A DNA stretch of 64,000 nucleotides, taken from the NCBI RefSeq assembly GCF_009914755.1, contig NC_060938.1; one strand, given 5' to 3'. Made by a program: the position numbers and the translations under genes. This stretch comes from the human T2T-CHM13v2.0 reference genome, Homo sapiens. The notes below the pieces were generated by a model. The model made no database searches and was not told where the DNA came from. It saw nothing but the letters and a program-made list of their open reading frames with translations. Of the stretch, positions 28,986 through 43,441 are shown piece by piece. How positions within the stretch are numbered: the stretch's first letter is position 1; each line of letters begins with the position of its first letter.

Positions 28986-29143
28986 CCTGTGGAGGGTCGT
29001 CAAATCCGAGTTCTCTCAGCTGTCTTCCCTGGCAGTCCCTCTTCTCCTCCATGCCCTGTCACTTCCTCATGGTGCTGACATCTTCTGGACAATCATAAAT
29101 GGCAATTTCAACAGCAAAGACTGGAAGATGAGGTTTGAAGCAG
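28986..29143 (+). CDS. UNC79: UNC79 exon (SLWRVVKSEFSQLSSLAVPLLLHALSLPHGADIFWTIINGNFNSKDWKMRFEA)
   Basis: ttgattccctag acceptor, CAG|gtacct donor, 158 nt, phase 2 to 1; not in the ORF track. Confidence 0.92.
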
Positions 29144-29560
29144 GTACCTCTGTGTTAGCTTAAAACTCATTCTGGGTCACACAGTACACGGGTGTCTGGT
29201 CACGGCATCTTTTTTGGCACCTCCTTTCTTGTCCCTTCTTTTTAAAAGGCATTCTCCTGCTGGCTGGTGTCCTTTGGGGGTTCTGCTTTGAGCTTCCTCT
29301 CTAAAATAACAGCATTTTGCAGAGTGGTCCTTAGGGAGGGTGGTCCTGTCCAGGTTTGCATAGGACAGACCCAGCTTATGCCTGTTACCCAAGTGTAGCG
29401 ATTAACTGCACCCATGTTTACTCCCAAACAGACACTGGCTTGGATTCAGTCAACCTATGAGTTTACTTGCATCGGTTACTGGGAATGTTTGTTAAAATGC
29501 ACATTATCTGGCCACATCCTAGAGCTACCGAATCAGAATCTCAGTGGGAGGTGGGGGTGA

Positions 29561-29875
<315 letters not shown>

Positions 29876-30338
29876 AGAAACTGAGATTTTTAATAAGAGG
29901 TTCAAGAATCTCTGCTGTATACCCTTGCCACTGAGGGATCAGGGACCAAGTCTGGTGCAGCTTGGGTATAATTTCCTAGTAAATAGAACAGCAGGTTCTC
30001 AGAGTAATGTGGTAAGGAAGGAACCTGGGAGGGTTCTCTTAGCCTCATGTCTGCTGGCCCACTCTCACTCCAATCTGCTAGTAGTTCCATTCTCGGGGTA
30101 GCAGGCAGGGTCGGCATGCCACAGTGTGGCTTCTCAGAACAGTTCTGTAGGTTTATGTCTCAAAAGTTTGGCACAGAAATGGAAGTTTCATCAGTGAGGT
30201 AACTATTATACCTTTAGTTCAGTTCCTTAATATATGGCCACTTCAAAACGTTCTTGCTTTTTAATGCCCACAGGAATCTCAGGGGCTAGTTAGTATATAT
30301 ATATGACAGCACATCATGTTGTGGAGGGTTAGGATTAA

Positions 30339-30694
<356 letters not shown>

Positions 30695-31623
30695 AAGGTC
30701 ATGTTACTTTTCTATTCAAGAAATTTTAATGGGGTTTTTTTCAATGCCTAGAGAATAAAGTTCAGACTCCTTAAACTGCCATTCAGATGGTCTGACTGCA
30801 ACTGCAGGCAGCCTCATTTCCTGCGCTTCTTTCTACACACACCCTTGCTGTGTTCCCATTGCTTCCTGCCTCCCTTCATCCACGCGGGGGCCATTCTGGG
30901 CTCTCCACCTTTCATCCTCTTTCCTTTAAGGCCCTACACAAATGCCACCTCCACATGATCCACCTTCAAATGCCGCCATTGAGGTCCACCTTCTAGGTCC
31001 CCCCTGTGGAGAGTGGTTTATGTATCCCCGGATCTCCCATAGCATTTTATTTATACCACACTAGAGGCATTTACAGCTTTTTCAAAGTCATATTTCAGCT
31101 ATAGTTGTATGTGTCTTATCTATTTTAGTCAATTTAACTTTGAGGTCAAGAGTTATGAATGATTCCTCTTTCCATTTACTTCTATCTCCTCCCAAGTGCC
31201 TAAGATAGTTTCTTAGTGGTATACATATGTGTGCTTAATATATATATATTTTAAAATAAGCGAATCAGTGAATTTATTGAATAAATTAGATATGTGCTAG
31301 GTGCTATGGGAGCAATAGAAAGAAGTGTAAGAGCAGATTTCTGTCCTCAGGAGGCTTCCGGTTTAATTGATGAGATCAAATATAAGCATGTAAGAGGTTG
31401 ACAAATTATAAAAGGCATAAATATAATCAAGACCACAAAATAAAATATGTCATATAATGAGCACATATTGTGTTCATAGCTCATATTCTGAGCACACAAA
31501 TGCAATATGTAAATTAATGATATGCAAATGAGTAGTACTTTTACAGGAGTTCATGGGATGGAAAGGCCACTCTAGGAGATCAGAGAAGACTTTACAAAAC
31601 AGAATTTCAGCAGAGATTCTCTA

Positions 31624-32016
<393 letters not shown>

Positions 32017-32663
32017 TTAATTTGCATTGCACTATATTGCTTTGCTAGCTGTTGTAACTTTTTATAAAGCCATGCTTTAAGTGTGGATGGAATTGTTTAA
32101 CATTGATTTGCAGAATAATTAGAAATCTATCAAGTAAGCGTATATTTATAGCATGGAAGAAATACCTGGCTTCGATAGCCCCAGGAAATGTCTATTTGGT
32201 CTGCCATTTCACACCACGACCTACTAAGAGTAGAGCAGGGGACCAGAACCCAGAGCCAGTACTGGTGGGCACCTCCTACCTCTCTGTTATCTGCAGAGCT
32301 TCTATGGAATGGCCACAGAAAGAAGCATAGAGGCATTTGGAATATTTTGAAATATAGCTGAAAGTTAAACAAAGAGAAAGACCATGAAAAAATTGTAAAA
32401 GACAACCCAGAGTTAGATCAAGGCTGCGTGGGAAAAAAAAGTTCTGCTCTGAGTAGAAAGAGTCTCTGCTGCACAGATGAAATGGAACACTCGAGATGGT
32501 GGTATTAGACTTTCCTGTTGGGATTTAAAGTAAACCATGCGGGAGACCCAGAGTTAACTTTTTGTCTGTGAGTTCAGTTCTCAGACTGGCTAAATAAATG
32601 TGTATGCGTGTGCCTGTAGGTGTGTGTGTATTTACGTATTTTGCCTTCTCTTTTACATTGCAG

Positions 32664-32845
32664 TGGAAAAAGTTGCTGTAATTTGTAGATTTCTGGATAT
32701 TCACTCAGTAACCAAAAACCACCTGCTGAAGTACTCCCTGGCACATGCCTTCTGCTGCTTCCTGACAGCAGTGGAGGATGTCAACCCCGCAGTGGCTACC
32801 AGAGCTGGTCTCCTGCTTGACACCATAAAGAGGCCAGCATTGCAG
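32664..32845 (+). CDS. UNC79: UNC79 exon (VEKVAVICRFLDIHSVTKNHLLKYSLAHAFCCFLTAVEDVNPAVATRAGLLLDTIKRPALQ)
   Basis: ttttacattgcag acceptor, CAG|gtgaca donor, 182 nt, phase 1 to 0. Confidence 0.92.
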
Positions 32846-32919
32846 GTGACATGTGATTTGTGTTATCTGCTCCGAAGGTGGTTTGTGTCAGCACTACTAA
32901 ATCATTGCGTTGTTTGTCA

Positions 32920-33211
32920 CGTCCTAGTCTGTTTGACCTGCTATAACAGAATACCATAAACTGGGTAGTTTATAAACAACAGAAATTTATTTCGCAGATT
33001 GTCTGCCGAGGGCCTGCTGTCTAGTTCATAGATGGGGCCTTTGCTGTGTCTGGGGCCTCTTTCATAAGGGCACTAGTTCCATTCATTAGGGCCCTGCCCT
33101 TATGACCTAATCATCTCTCAAAGCCCCACCTCCTAATACTATCATATTGGTGATTTAGTTTCAACAGGAATTTGGGGGTGAGGCCCTTGCACACATTTTC
33201 AGACCATAACA
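32920..33211 (-). mobile_element. MLT1A-like MaLR LTR
   Basis: gctataacagaataccataaactgggtagtttataaacaacagaaatttatt ... cattttcagaccataaca. Confidence 0.75.
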
Positions 33212-33315
33212 TCACATATAATATTGACGATGATGATGGAGATTTTTTAACTGGAAGAAATATACCAGAACCACATCTTGCTAAAAGATCCCTTGTTGTT
33301 ATCTGTTGATGCCAC

Positions 33316-33602
<287 letters not shown>

Positions 33603-33667
33603 TGATACTTTCTTTTCAGTCTTTGTTCATATGCTGATATTACTTTGGACAGATGTAATTATTGCAT

Positions 33668-33670
<3 letters not shown>

Positions 33671-33711
<41 letters not shown>
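33671..33711. repeat. (GT)20 microsatellite
   Basis: Pure GT run. Confidence 0.95.
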
Positions 33712-33712
<1 letters not shown>

Positions 33713-33819
33713 CAGATTTTAAAACTAGGTTGGTTTATCTTACACCACTTAGCTAGCTCCTGGGCTGGAGGCCTCTGTTGTTAGAGCCTTGATGCTAACA
33801 GAAATCAGATAAATTATAG

Positions 33820-34132
<313 letters not shown>

Positions 34133-34654
34133 TAGTTTTAATCAAAGTAAAACATGAGAAGGTAAATATGCTACCATAACAAAACTTCACAAATTAAAGC
34201 CAAAGAGACAAGAAATATGAGACCTGGAGAGAGTGGTATATTTATCTTGTTTGGAACCTTTATTTTTTAGTGGAGACACCAAGTCTCAGAGAGATAATGT
34301 GACTTATCAAAGGACACAAAGTGATTTAATGAGAAAATCAAGATTAGAGCCTCCAAAGTTCTGATCTACTGTTTCTCCATGTTGCATCTGATTTATTATT
34401 TTGTTGTTATTATTCAACTAATGATAGCAAGAGCTGACATTCCTCAGATAGCTACTGTGTTTCCAGGGCAGTGTGTTAAAAGTGTCCTGTTATGCATTAT
34501 CTTATTTAATCCTCACAGTTACCTTTTGTGTGTTCTCATTTTACGGATAGAGATGCTGAGAGTTAGAAAGGTTAAGCCACCTTTTCAGAGTCACATAGCT
34601 AGTTATCTGCAGAGGAAATTCAGCACTGATTTATAATACAGTCCACATACTTAA

Positions 34655-34687
<33 letters not shown>

Positions 34688-34688
34688 C
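34655..34688. repeat. (GT)n microsatellite
   Basis: GT run following a MIR-like fragment (about 34420-34640). Confidence 0.9.
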
Positions 34689-35214
34689 ATACACTGTCTC
34701 CCAATCCAGTGTAAACTTCTTCCTGCATTTTAAGACCAAGAAGCAAGGGCAAGCTTGCACGACCTGAAAGACTGAAGGGTTATGCTGCCTGTGGCACATT
34801 CTTTTTTTTGTAAAATCTCCAGTTGACTTCTGAATAGTTCTTCTCTGTTGATCTTACCAGGTACTTCTATGTCCTACCCCTGCTTAGGGCCTGGAACATA
34901 GTAGGCACTCATTAGATGACAGCTGAATTAATGAATGGGATGTTTGGATGAATTGCAATTTTTAAATCTCATTCTGTTAAAAAGAGGGGGAATGGTAAAC
35001 TCAGACACTAGAGGAACAGGTTCTCAATCCATTCCAACTTTGATTAACATTCTATGTTCCACTCACATTCCAAGAAAACCAGGTGACTTTGCTTTTTTCG
35101 GAATCATGAAATTTTGGATTGAAAGTAGATTTCTAGACCATCTTTTTGTGTATTCTAAAATGTAACTTTGAAAGTACGCTTCTCTTAATGACTACAGGCA
35201 TTAAAACCAGATGC

Positions 35215-35540
<326 letters not shown>

Positions 35541-35863
35541 CCAGATGCATTGACTTGAGGGTATTTGGATTAAGTGGTTATTATTTAACACATTAGAAAA
35601 CCAATAGCATGCATTTAGTTCAGATTTCTGAATCAAAATTCAAGAGATATTCTACAAGGAAGATAAATTCCTCTTCTACATTTTTCTTTCCTACCAAAAC
35701 TTCGAATCAAAAAAGATTCCAGTGGGATCATTCTACATTATAAGTTTGAATTGAGTAGGCTGCCTTGTTTCATTGACTTTGCCTAGTATATCGGCTTTGA
35801 AGTAACTTAGATGTTTATATCTGACTTTCTTCTTTTCTTTTTTTTTTTCCTCCTCTTTCCCAG

Positions 35864-36065
35864 GGTCTATGTCTTTGTCTTGACTTCCAGTTTGATACTG
35901 TGGTTAAAGACAGACCCACAATTTTGAGCAAGCTTTTACTCTTGCACTTTCTTAAGCAGGATATTCCTGCTCTGAGCTGGGAGTTCTTTGTCAATAGATT
36001 TGAGACGCTTTCTTTGGAAGCCCAGCTACATTTGGATTGTAACAAGGAATTTCCTTTTCCTACAA
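35864..36065 (+). CDS. UNC79: UNC79 exon (GLCLCLDFQFDTVVKDRPTILSKLLLLHFLKQDIPALSWEFFVNRFETLSLEAQLHLDCNKEFPFPT)
   Basis: Long pyrimidine tract plus cag acceptor, CAA|gtaagt donor, 202 nt, phase 0 to 1. Confidence 0.93.
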
Positions 36066-36405
36066 GTAAGTAAAATGAAGAACTTGCTGTAAACCGTTGC
36101 AGTTCCCATTGTGCTTGCCTAGACAAACAGAAGACATTGGCATGTCGTTTAATTCCTCTACAGAGGATGCCTTGACCTCATGCACTCAATTCATTAAATG
36201 ATTATTGAATAGCTGCTGTAGTAATCCATAGATTTAAGCATATCCTGGCATTCCAAAATCAGAATTCTTTTCATTTCCTTGACCTATGATAACCATTTAT
36301 GACTGTGTGTTCCCTAAATATGATTCAGTCATTATGTTTATAACATTTGTGAGCAATTTTAGGAAGCATATTTGCACCTTGCAAACTCACTCTTGCATAC
36401 TTTCT

Positions 36406-37971
36406 AAATTTCAATAGTTTTGGGGACATAGGTGGGTTTTGGTTACATGGATAAGTTCTTTAGTGGTAATTTCTGAGATTTTGGTGCACCCGTCACCTGA
36501 GCATTGTACATTGTACCCAATGTGTAGTCTTTTATCCCTCACCCCCCTTCCACCCTTCCCCCCAAAGTCCCCAAATTCCGTTCTGTCATTCTTATGTCTT
36601 TGCATCCTCATAGCTTAGCTCCCACTTACAAGTGAGAACATACGATATTTGGTTTTCCACTTCTGCATTACTTCACTTAAAATAATGTTCTCCAACTCCA
36701 TCCAGATTGCTGTGAATGCCATTATTTCATTCTTTTAAATGGCCAAGTAGTATTCCATGGTACATATGTATACCACATTTCCTTTATCCACTTGTTGATT
36801 AATGGTCATTTAGGCTGGTTCCATATTTTTGCAATTGTGAATTGTGCTGCTATAAACATGCATGTGCAAATGTCTTTTCCTATAATGACTTCCTTCCTTC
36901 TGGGTAGAGACCCAGTAGTGGGATTGCTGGATCAAATGGTAGTTCCACTTTTAGTTCTTTAAGGAATCTCCATACTGTTTTCCAAAGTGATTGTACCAAT
37001 TTACACTCCTACCAACAGTGTAAAAGTGTTCCCTTTTTACCACATCCCCACCAATATCTGTTATTTTTGGATTTTTAAATTACGGCATTCTTGCAGGAGT
37101 AAGGTGGTATCTCATTGTGGTTTTAATTTGCATTTCCCTGATAATTAGTGATGTTGAGCATTTTTTCATATGTTTGTTGGCCGTTTGTATATCTTCTTTT
37201 GAGAATTTTCTATTCATGTCCTTTGCCTACTTTTTGATGGGATTATTATTATTATTTTGCTGATTTGTTTGAGTTCCTTATAGATTCTGGATATTGGTCC
37301 TCTGTCAGATGCATAGTTTGCAAATATTTTTCCCCATTCAGTGGGTTGTCTGTTTACTCTGCGGATTATTTTGTTTGCTGTGCAGAAACTTTTTAGTTTA
37401 ATTAGGCTCCATCTGTTTATTTTTGTTTTTGTTGCATTTGCTTTTGAGTACTTGGTCATGAACTCTTTGCCTAAGTCAATGTCTAGAAGAGTTTTTCTGA
37501 TGTTGTCTTCTAGAATTTTTACGGTTTCAGATCTTAGATTTAGCCTTTGATCCATCTTGAGTTGATTTTTGTATAAGGTGAGATACGAGTATCCAGTTTC
37601 ATTCTTCTAGATGTGGCTTGCCAATTATCCCAGCACCATTTATTGAATACAGTGTCCTCTCCCCACTTTATGTTTTTATTTGCTTTGTTGAAGATCAGTT
37701 GGCTGTAAGTATTTAGCTTTGTTTTTGGGTTCTCTATTCCGTTCCATTGGTCTACAAGCCTATTTTAATACAAGTACCATGCTGTTTTGGTAACTATAGC
37801 CTTGTAGTATAGTTTAAACTCCAGGAATGCGATGCCTCCAGATGCATTCTTTTTGCTTAGTCTTGCTTTGGCTATGTGGGCTCTTTTTTTGGTTCCGTAG
37901 GAATTTTAGAGTTGGTTTTCTAGCTCTGTGAAGAATGATGATGGTACTTTGATGGGAATTGCATTGAATCT
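36406..37971 (-). mobile_element. 5'-truncated L1PB-like element (ORF2 C-terminal remnant plus 3' UTR)
   Basis: Minus-strand ORF 37214-37555 (...[31 protein letters not shown]...) is L1 ORF2p-like; 3' UTR motif catcctcatagcttagctcccactta. Confidence 0.9.
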
Positions 37972-38242
<271 letters not shown>

Positions 38243-38533
38243 TAGTTATTAATCAGTTACCTACAGCTCTGAATAGGTGGAGAAAAGACTTTTGTCACTC
38301 AACTATCCAATGATAACAAAATTAGATAATTTAATCTTGTGGTCTAAGCAGAAAAAAAATCATGATAGGCAATAGTTATTTTTGTATGTAGGACTCATCA
38401 TAGAGGGAGATGTATATCCATGAAAAATGTATTTTAATATTGAAACTCTACACAGATGGATTGTTTTAGACTAGGTGGATTACAAAGCCCTGTGTAAAGG
38501 AGAGTGATAGTCTCTTTAATTCCTTTTGCAAAG

Positions 38534-38713
38534 CCATCACTGCTGTGAGGACCAATGTTGCTAACCTCAGCGATGCAGCCTTATGGAAGATCAAGAGAGC
38601 TCGCTTTGCAAGAAACCGCCAGAAGAGTGTACGTTCCCTGAGGGACAGCGTGAAAGGGCCTGTGGAATCCAAGAGGGCGCTCTCCCTCCCTGAGACCCTG
38701 ACCTCCAAAATTC
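38534..38713 (+). CDS. UNC79: UNC79 exon (TITAVRTNVANLSDAALWKIKRARFARNRQKSVRSLRDSVKGPVESKRALSLPETLTSKI)
   Basis: ccttttgcaaag acceptor; atypical TTC|gttgagt donor; 180 nt, phase 1 to 1; frame joins both neighbours. Confidence 0.88.
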
Positions 38714-40190
38714 GTTGAGTATCTTCTTTCATCCTTCCGTTAAATCTGTTTAATGTCTTTCTGAGGCTGACTTGTCTTGTTGAATGTTCACAGAGAGTAT
38801 AGCATGTTTAGCAAACTGAGTTTGTTCAATAAGTTTGGCTTTCAGATTCCCTAGAGAATCACTTCAGGGGTATAAATGCCTAGGGTTGCTTTTCCTAGTT
38901 TGCTGGGGTAGCAAAGCCCTGATCCAACAGTAGATGTTTTTGAAATGTAAAAGGCAGCAAATGCATTGATGCTTGGCATGCAACTTAGAAGAAACATTTG
39001 CTCCTAAGTCCTAGGACACCAAAGTTTGCACCACCAGCCTTGTATCCTAAGAGCTTTCTGAATAAGACTTAGACAATAAGACCTATCATGGCTAAGGAGG
39101 GACAGTTGAAATTTGGAATGTATTTTTTTTTTCATGTCTGATAGAAGCAGCCACACAAGCCCCCTAAGACAAACCAATAATAATGATTGCTTTTGAAATA
39201 GAGAAATCGGGCTGAGAAATTGAATTTCTGCTCATCTTCACCAGATAATTTATAAATAAAAATAAGCTTCATTGCCAATATTTTAAAAAAGACCATATAT
39301 ACTTGCTCTATAAAAGGTCTTTCTTTATATTATAGTTTTAAAGAGAATAAAATTTTCCTTAAATTACCAAATGACTAGATAAACTCTAATGATTAGTAAT
39401 GACTCATGAAGGACAAATAATTAAAAATTCATTACTAAATCACCATACTAATGAATATGTTTAAATATATTACTAACTTGTAAAATTTATTAAATGATTT
39501 AATCTTTAAATAATCACTGTGAAGTAAATAAAATAATGACCCAAAACCTATTTCTTATCCTGTCAGAAGTTGAAAGGTCTGTTTTTCATTGGCATTTATT
39601 AGAATACAGCCTTATATAACATAACCATTTATAATCATAAATATGATTTGATTTTATTCATTACATTTTCTCTATTTTATGACAAGCTATGGAAATGTGT
39701 TCTTTTAAACTTTGAGAGAGTTAAGTATGAATGAAAGTTCTTTAAGTAATCAATAACCCAGTTTTTCAGGGAGCAAAGATAATCACAGGTGATCATTTAA
39801 GAATAGCCAGTGGTAGTGCTAGGCCCCAGGTGAAACTGTTTAAATCCTAGAAACCAATACCTAGATTAAATAAATAACAAATTTTATATGAGTTTCCCAG
39901 CTCTATTTATATCCTAACTGATAAGTTTAGAATATAAAGTTTATTTATTGTTATTTCTTGTTCATTAATTCACATGACAATTTTGAAGATGAAGTAACAT
40001 TGAAGGATGTTCTTATGATTCAGATAAAAACTGCAAAACGTTTGTTACATAAACAACTTTTATGTGATGTTAATTCAAATAGAAAAATGAAACCTGCCCC
40101 TACTATCCCATAAAGTTAGCACTGAGTATATTTTCTAGGCTCCAGTTGTCTGTAATGCTTATTTAAATAGAGTTGTTGTTGATTTTTAAG

Positions 40191-40256
40191 CTATGAGGTT
40201 GACCAGGCATGAGCAGTCTGCTCCAGCTCTCGGTGGGACACCCGAACAGACGCCAG
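40191..40256 (+). CDS. UNC79: UNC79 66-nt cassette exon (PMRLTRHEQSAPALGGTPEQTPG)
   Basis: gatttttaag acceptor, CAG|gtgggt donor, phase 1 to 1, open in the UNC79 frame, GC-rich patch in an AT-rich intron. Confidence 0.75.
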
Positions 40257-43200
40257 GTGGGTACTTCTGACATTGAAGGGCCATGTACAAGTGTCTATCA
40301 CAGGTGGACAAGGTAGAGAATGCGGTGTCTCTAACTGGACCAGGGTGATATACCTAGGATTTGCAAGCTCAGAAGGGTCTTACCCCAGATGTTCAAGTGT
40401 TTGAACCCCTGATATGGCAATTCTTTCCATTTTGATATTAACAGATGACTTTTGATTCTATTAACTTTTGGTCCAGTAAGAAGCATCATATCACCTGAGT
40501 CTGTACCTTTCCCCAGAGAGCCAGTATGACTAGAGCTATCCATAGTATTTATATTTGTATGTGTCTTTACACATAGAAATATTTTGTTCATACATATCTG
40601 CTATAGGAAAACCATACATTTCATTTACATTTTAAAAGGTTATACATTTGAACCACTGTCATCCGCTCATCCCCTTAGCCATTCCTGATTCTTTGCAACT
40701 GTACATGCATTTCTGTTTCTCAGAGAAAGGAGAATTTCCTCTGTTTGGAGGACCATAGCATGATACAGTTTAATGATCATTTGATGTTCTGTGATATATT
40801 ACAATTTATCATGAAGTAGCCTAAGAGGGCATTGGCAAGGAGATTCCACATGAATGGTGCCGTGACTCACTGGGAAGATTGTGAAGGTTCCGAATACCTG
40901 CTTATTAGTCAAAAACAAATTTGGTAACTCCCACCTATGTATCATGCTATAGAACATTTGAGTTTTCATCTAAGACTACTAGTTTTAAGGTAAATGTTTC
41001 AGAATGGTACAGACATTCTCAGAAGGAAAATTTCAAGTAAGGAGACTTTAAAGATCATTGTGTTTTATAAAAAGGACGTTTGAAAGAGAGGGAGTCCGAA
41101 GTGGGAGGGGAGAGAGAAAATCCCAGAGATCAACCAGGCAGACAGCAGATGGTGGCCAAAGTCTTTTCTCTTTTAAAATTGATGAGAAAAAAGGAATAGC
41201 AAACATTTGGTAGAGCCCCTCTACCTTGCCTTACACATCGCTCATGTACGCTACTGTGCTGTGATTTTTTTTAAAAGAATAAAAATAAGAACTTCTGATT
41301 CAAAGCTTCATTAGAAATATGAAATCCATGCAGTTCCCCTTCAGTGAGGCATTTTTGAGATTGTTCTTAGTCAGTTTCATAAATTATCTTTATTTTACTC
41401 TAGCTTGTCTCTTTGTCTTAAAGCTTAGCTGAGAAGCTAGTCTTTCATGATAATTATCCATTTTAACAATCCAACCCAAGAAGTCCCCTCACATTTCTGT
41501 GGGAAAACATGTACATGTGTTTCTTGCAGTTAAAAAAAGCCTTCAGGCATCTAATTATTCCACCAAAAGTGGCCAGATGGAAAAGAGGCAGATAACAGCA
41601 TTGTTTAAATTAAATATGAAGCTAAAGCTTCAGGAAAGGTAATTTACATGACACCATCATAAGCAAAACTTGCTTAGATATGGAAATAGCTGGCTCAGTT
41701 TATAAGGCAATTTCAAACTACTGTAGGGTTCCATTTTTGCATTATTATTTACTGGACCCTGACTGTTTCTAACTTGGAAGCAAGGACATGCCAGATTTAT
41801 CGTAAGATTGTGGAGAATGGTTTAAGACAGTAATTAAATGGAAACTGAAGAACTTGCTACTTAACGAACATACTTTTTTTGGTCCAAGTAATGAGCTCCT
41901 CTTTGCGGACCTCTTATTGATTAGACTTGAAATAAAGCAGATTCCCCTTTATACAAGATTTAAATCTAATTGCTGTTTAGGTTGAACTTTTTGGCAGTGG
42001 ATTTACAATTTATGACTCTCTGATCTTAACCTTTACATGATACCCACAGAAAATGGAATAGAAAATTCTGTTTTCTATAGAAAGTATACTCTGCAAGGTT
42101 TGCAGAGAGTCACATTTCTCTATGACTTTTCAAATCAAAGGCTTTGTGCATCTAAATAAAATTCATAGAATCTTATAGCTGAAACATTAGTGATGTGTTA
42201 ACAATCTCATTTTATAGAGGAAGAAACTGATTCTCACAAAAGAACAAGCTTGTTGGTGACTGTTCTGGGTCTCAAGCCCAGAGGTCCTGAGCTCTGTAAC
42301 AAGGCAAGTAACTGCCCGTAGGAATTCAGCACCTTCATTTCATCCTAATTGATGGGATACACAATCTTTTTAACTGCTACTACAATTTGTATGATTAGAC
42401 GTAAGGAGTACTTTCACTGGTGCTGTAAGAACCAGGAAATTTTGTCTTCATATATTTAGAATACTGATGAAGATTAATTGAATAGAATGCAGCAGTTATT
42501 ATGTTATATAAGCACAATACTGAACTAATGGTATCAATCCCATGTGAACATAGGGTGCTTAATTATATCATGTTCCTCATCGCCTGGAACGCATAATTAA
42601 ACAATAATAGGTATGTAATAATGATAATCCTTCCTGTATATATAGTATCTCTTTACTTACAGGAAAACTAATGTAGTGAGGGATTAAGTGATTCTGCTTT
42701 GGTGATTGCTTAAGGTCACATATGACTAACTAGTTAGGATCAGAACTGATGCTGGCATCCAAGGGATTTGGCTTTCTTTCTTTCTACCACAACTACCTCT
42801 TGATGAACTGGTCTTAGGGTATTTCTGCCCTGTGGGACGTGAGGACACCAGTCTGGTTATGGAGTTGGCCTGGGCTTTCAGGCCTGCTACAGAGTGGCTT
42901 AAGGCCATGAGTGTCCAGACCAAAAGACTTTGCCAGTTAGGACCCCAGATTGGTCCAGAGCTATCCCCATCTCTCGTGGGACTCGCGTACTCCAAGTTCT
43001 GCCTCAGCCTGCAGAGAAACCTGGAGATCTCTTGGCCGGCATTCGTATCCATAAGAGAAGGTGCCCAGTACTAGTTAGGATCAATAAAGCACTCTTGCAT
43101 TGACCTTTCCTGTCTCCTTAGTGTCCCAGCCTAGAATTCCAAATAGCTTTTCTTTGGGCTCTTTCTTTCTACAGATGGTTTATGATTCACTTCTTCACTA

Positions 43201-43327
43201 ACTTGCAAAATGCCTATTGACCATTAAGATCCAGTAAGTCAGAGTACAGTTGTTTTTATAGGAATACTCTTGTTTGAAGATATGTTTTTTGGAAGTGACA
43301 ATTTTTGTTCAACAAATATTACAAATA

Positions 43328-43441
43328 CTTTTTTTGAGATGGGGTCTTGCTATGTGGCTCAGGCTGGTCTTGAGCTTCTGGGCTCAAGGGATCCTCTCAC
43401 CTCAGCCTCCCGAGTAGCTTGGATCAGAGGTGTGTGCCACA
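43328..43441 (-). mobile_element. Alu monomer fragment
   Basis: ttttgagatggggtcttgctatgtggctcaggctgg...; TSD tgttcaacaaatatt. Confidence 0.7.

Noticed and set aside
37214-37555. 113-aa ORF resembling a retroelement protein
   Set aside because: Broken fragment of L1 ORF2p in a truncated old L1
38719-38727. GTATCTTCT resembling a U12-type donor
   Set aside because: Imperfect match; using it would include an in-frame TGA, and I saw no U12 branch site at the downstream acceptors
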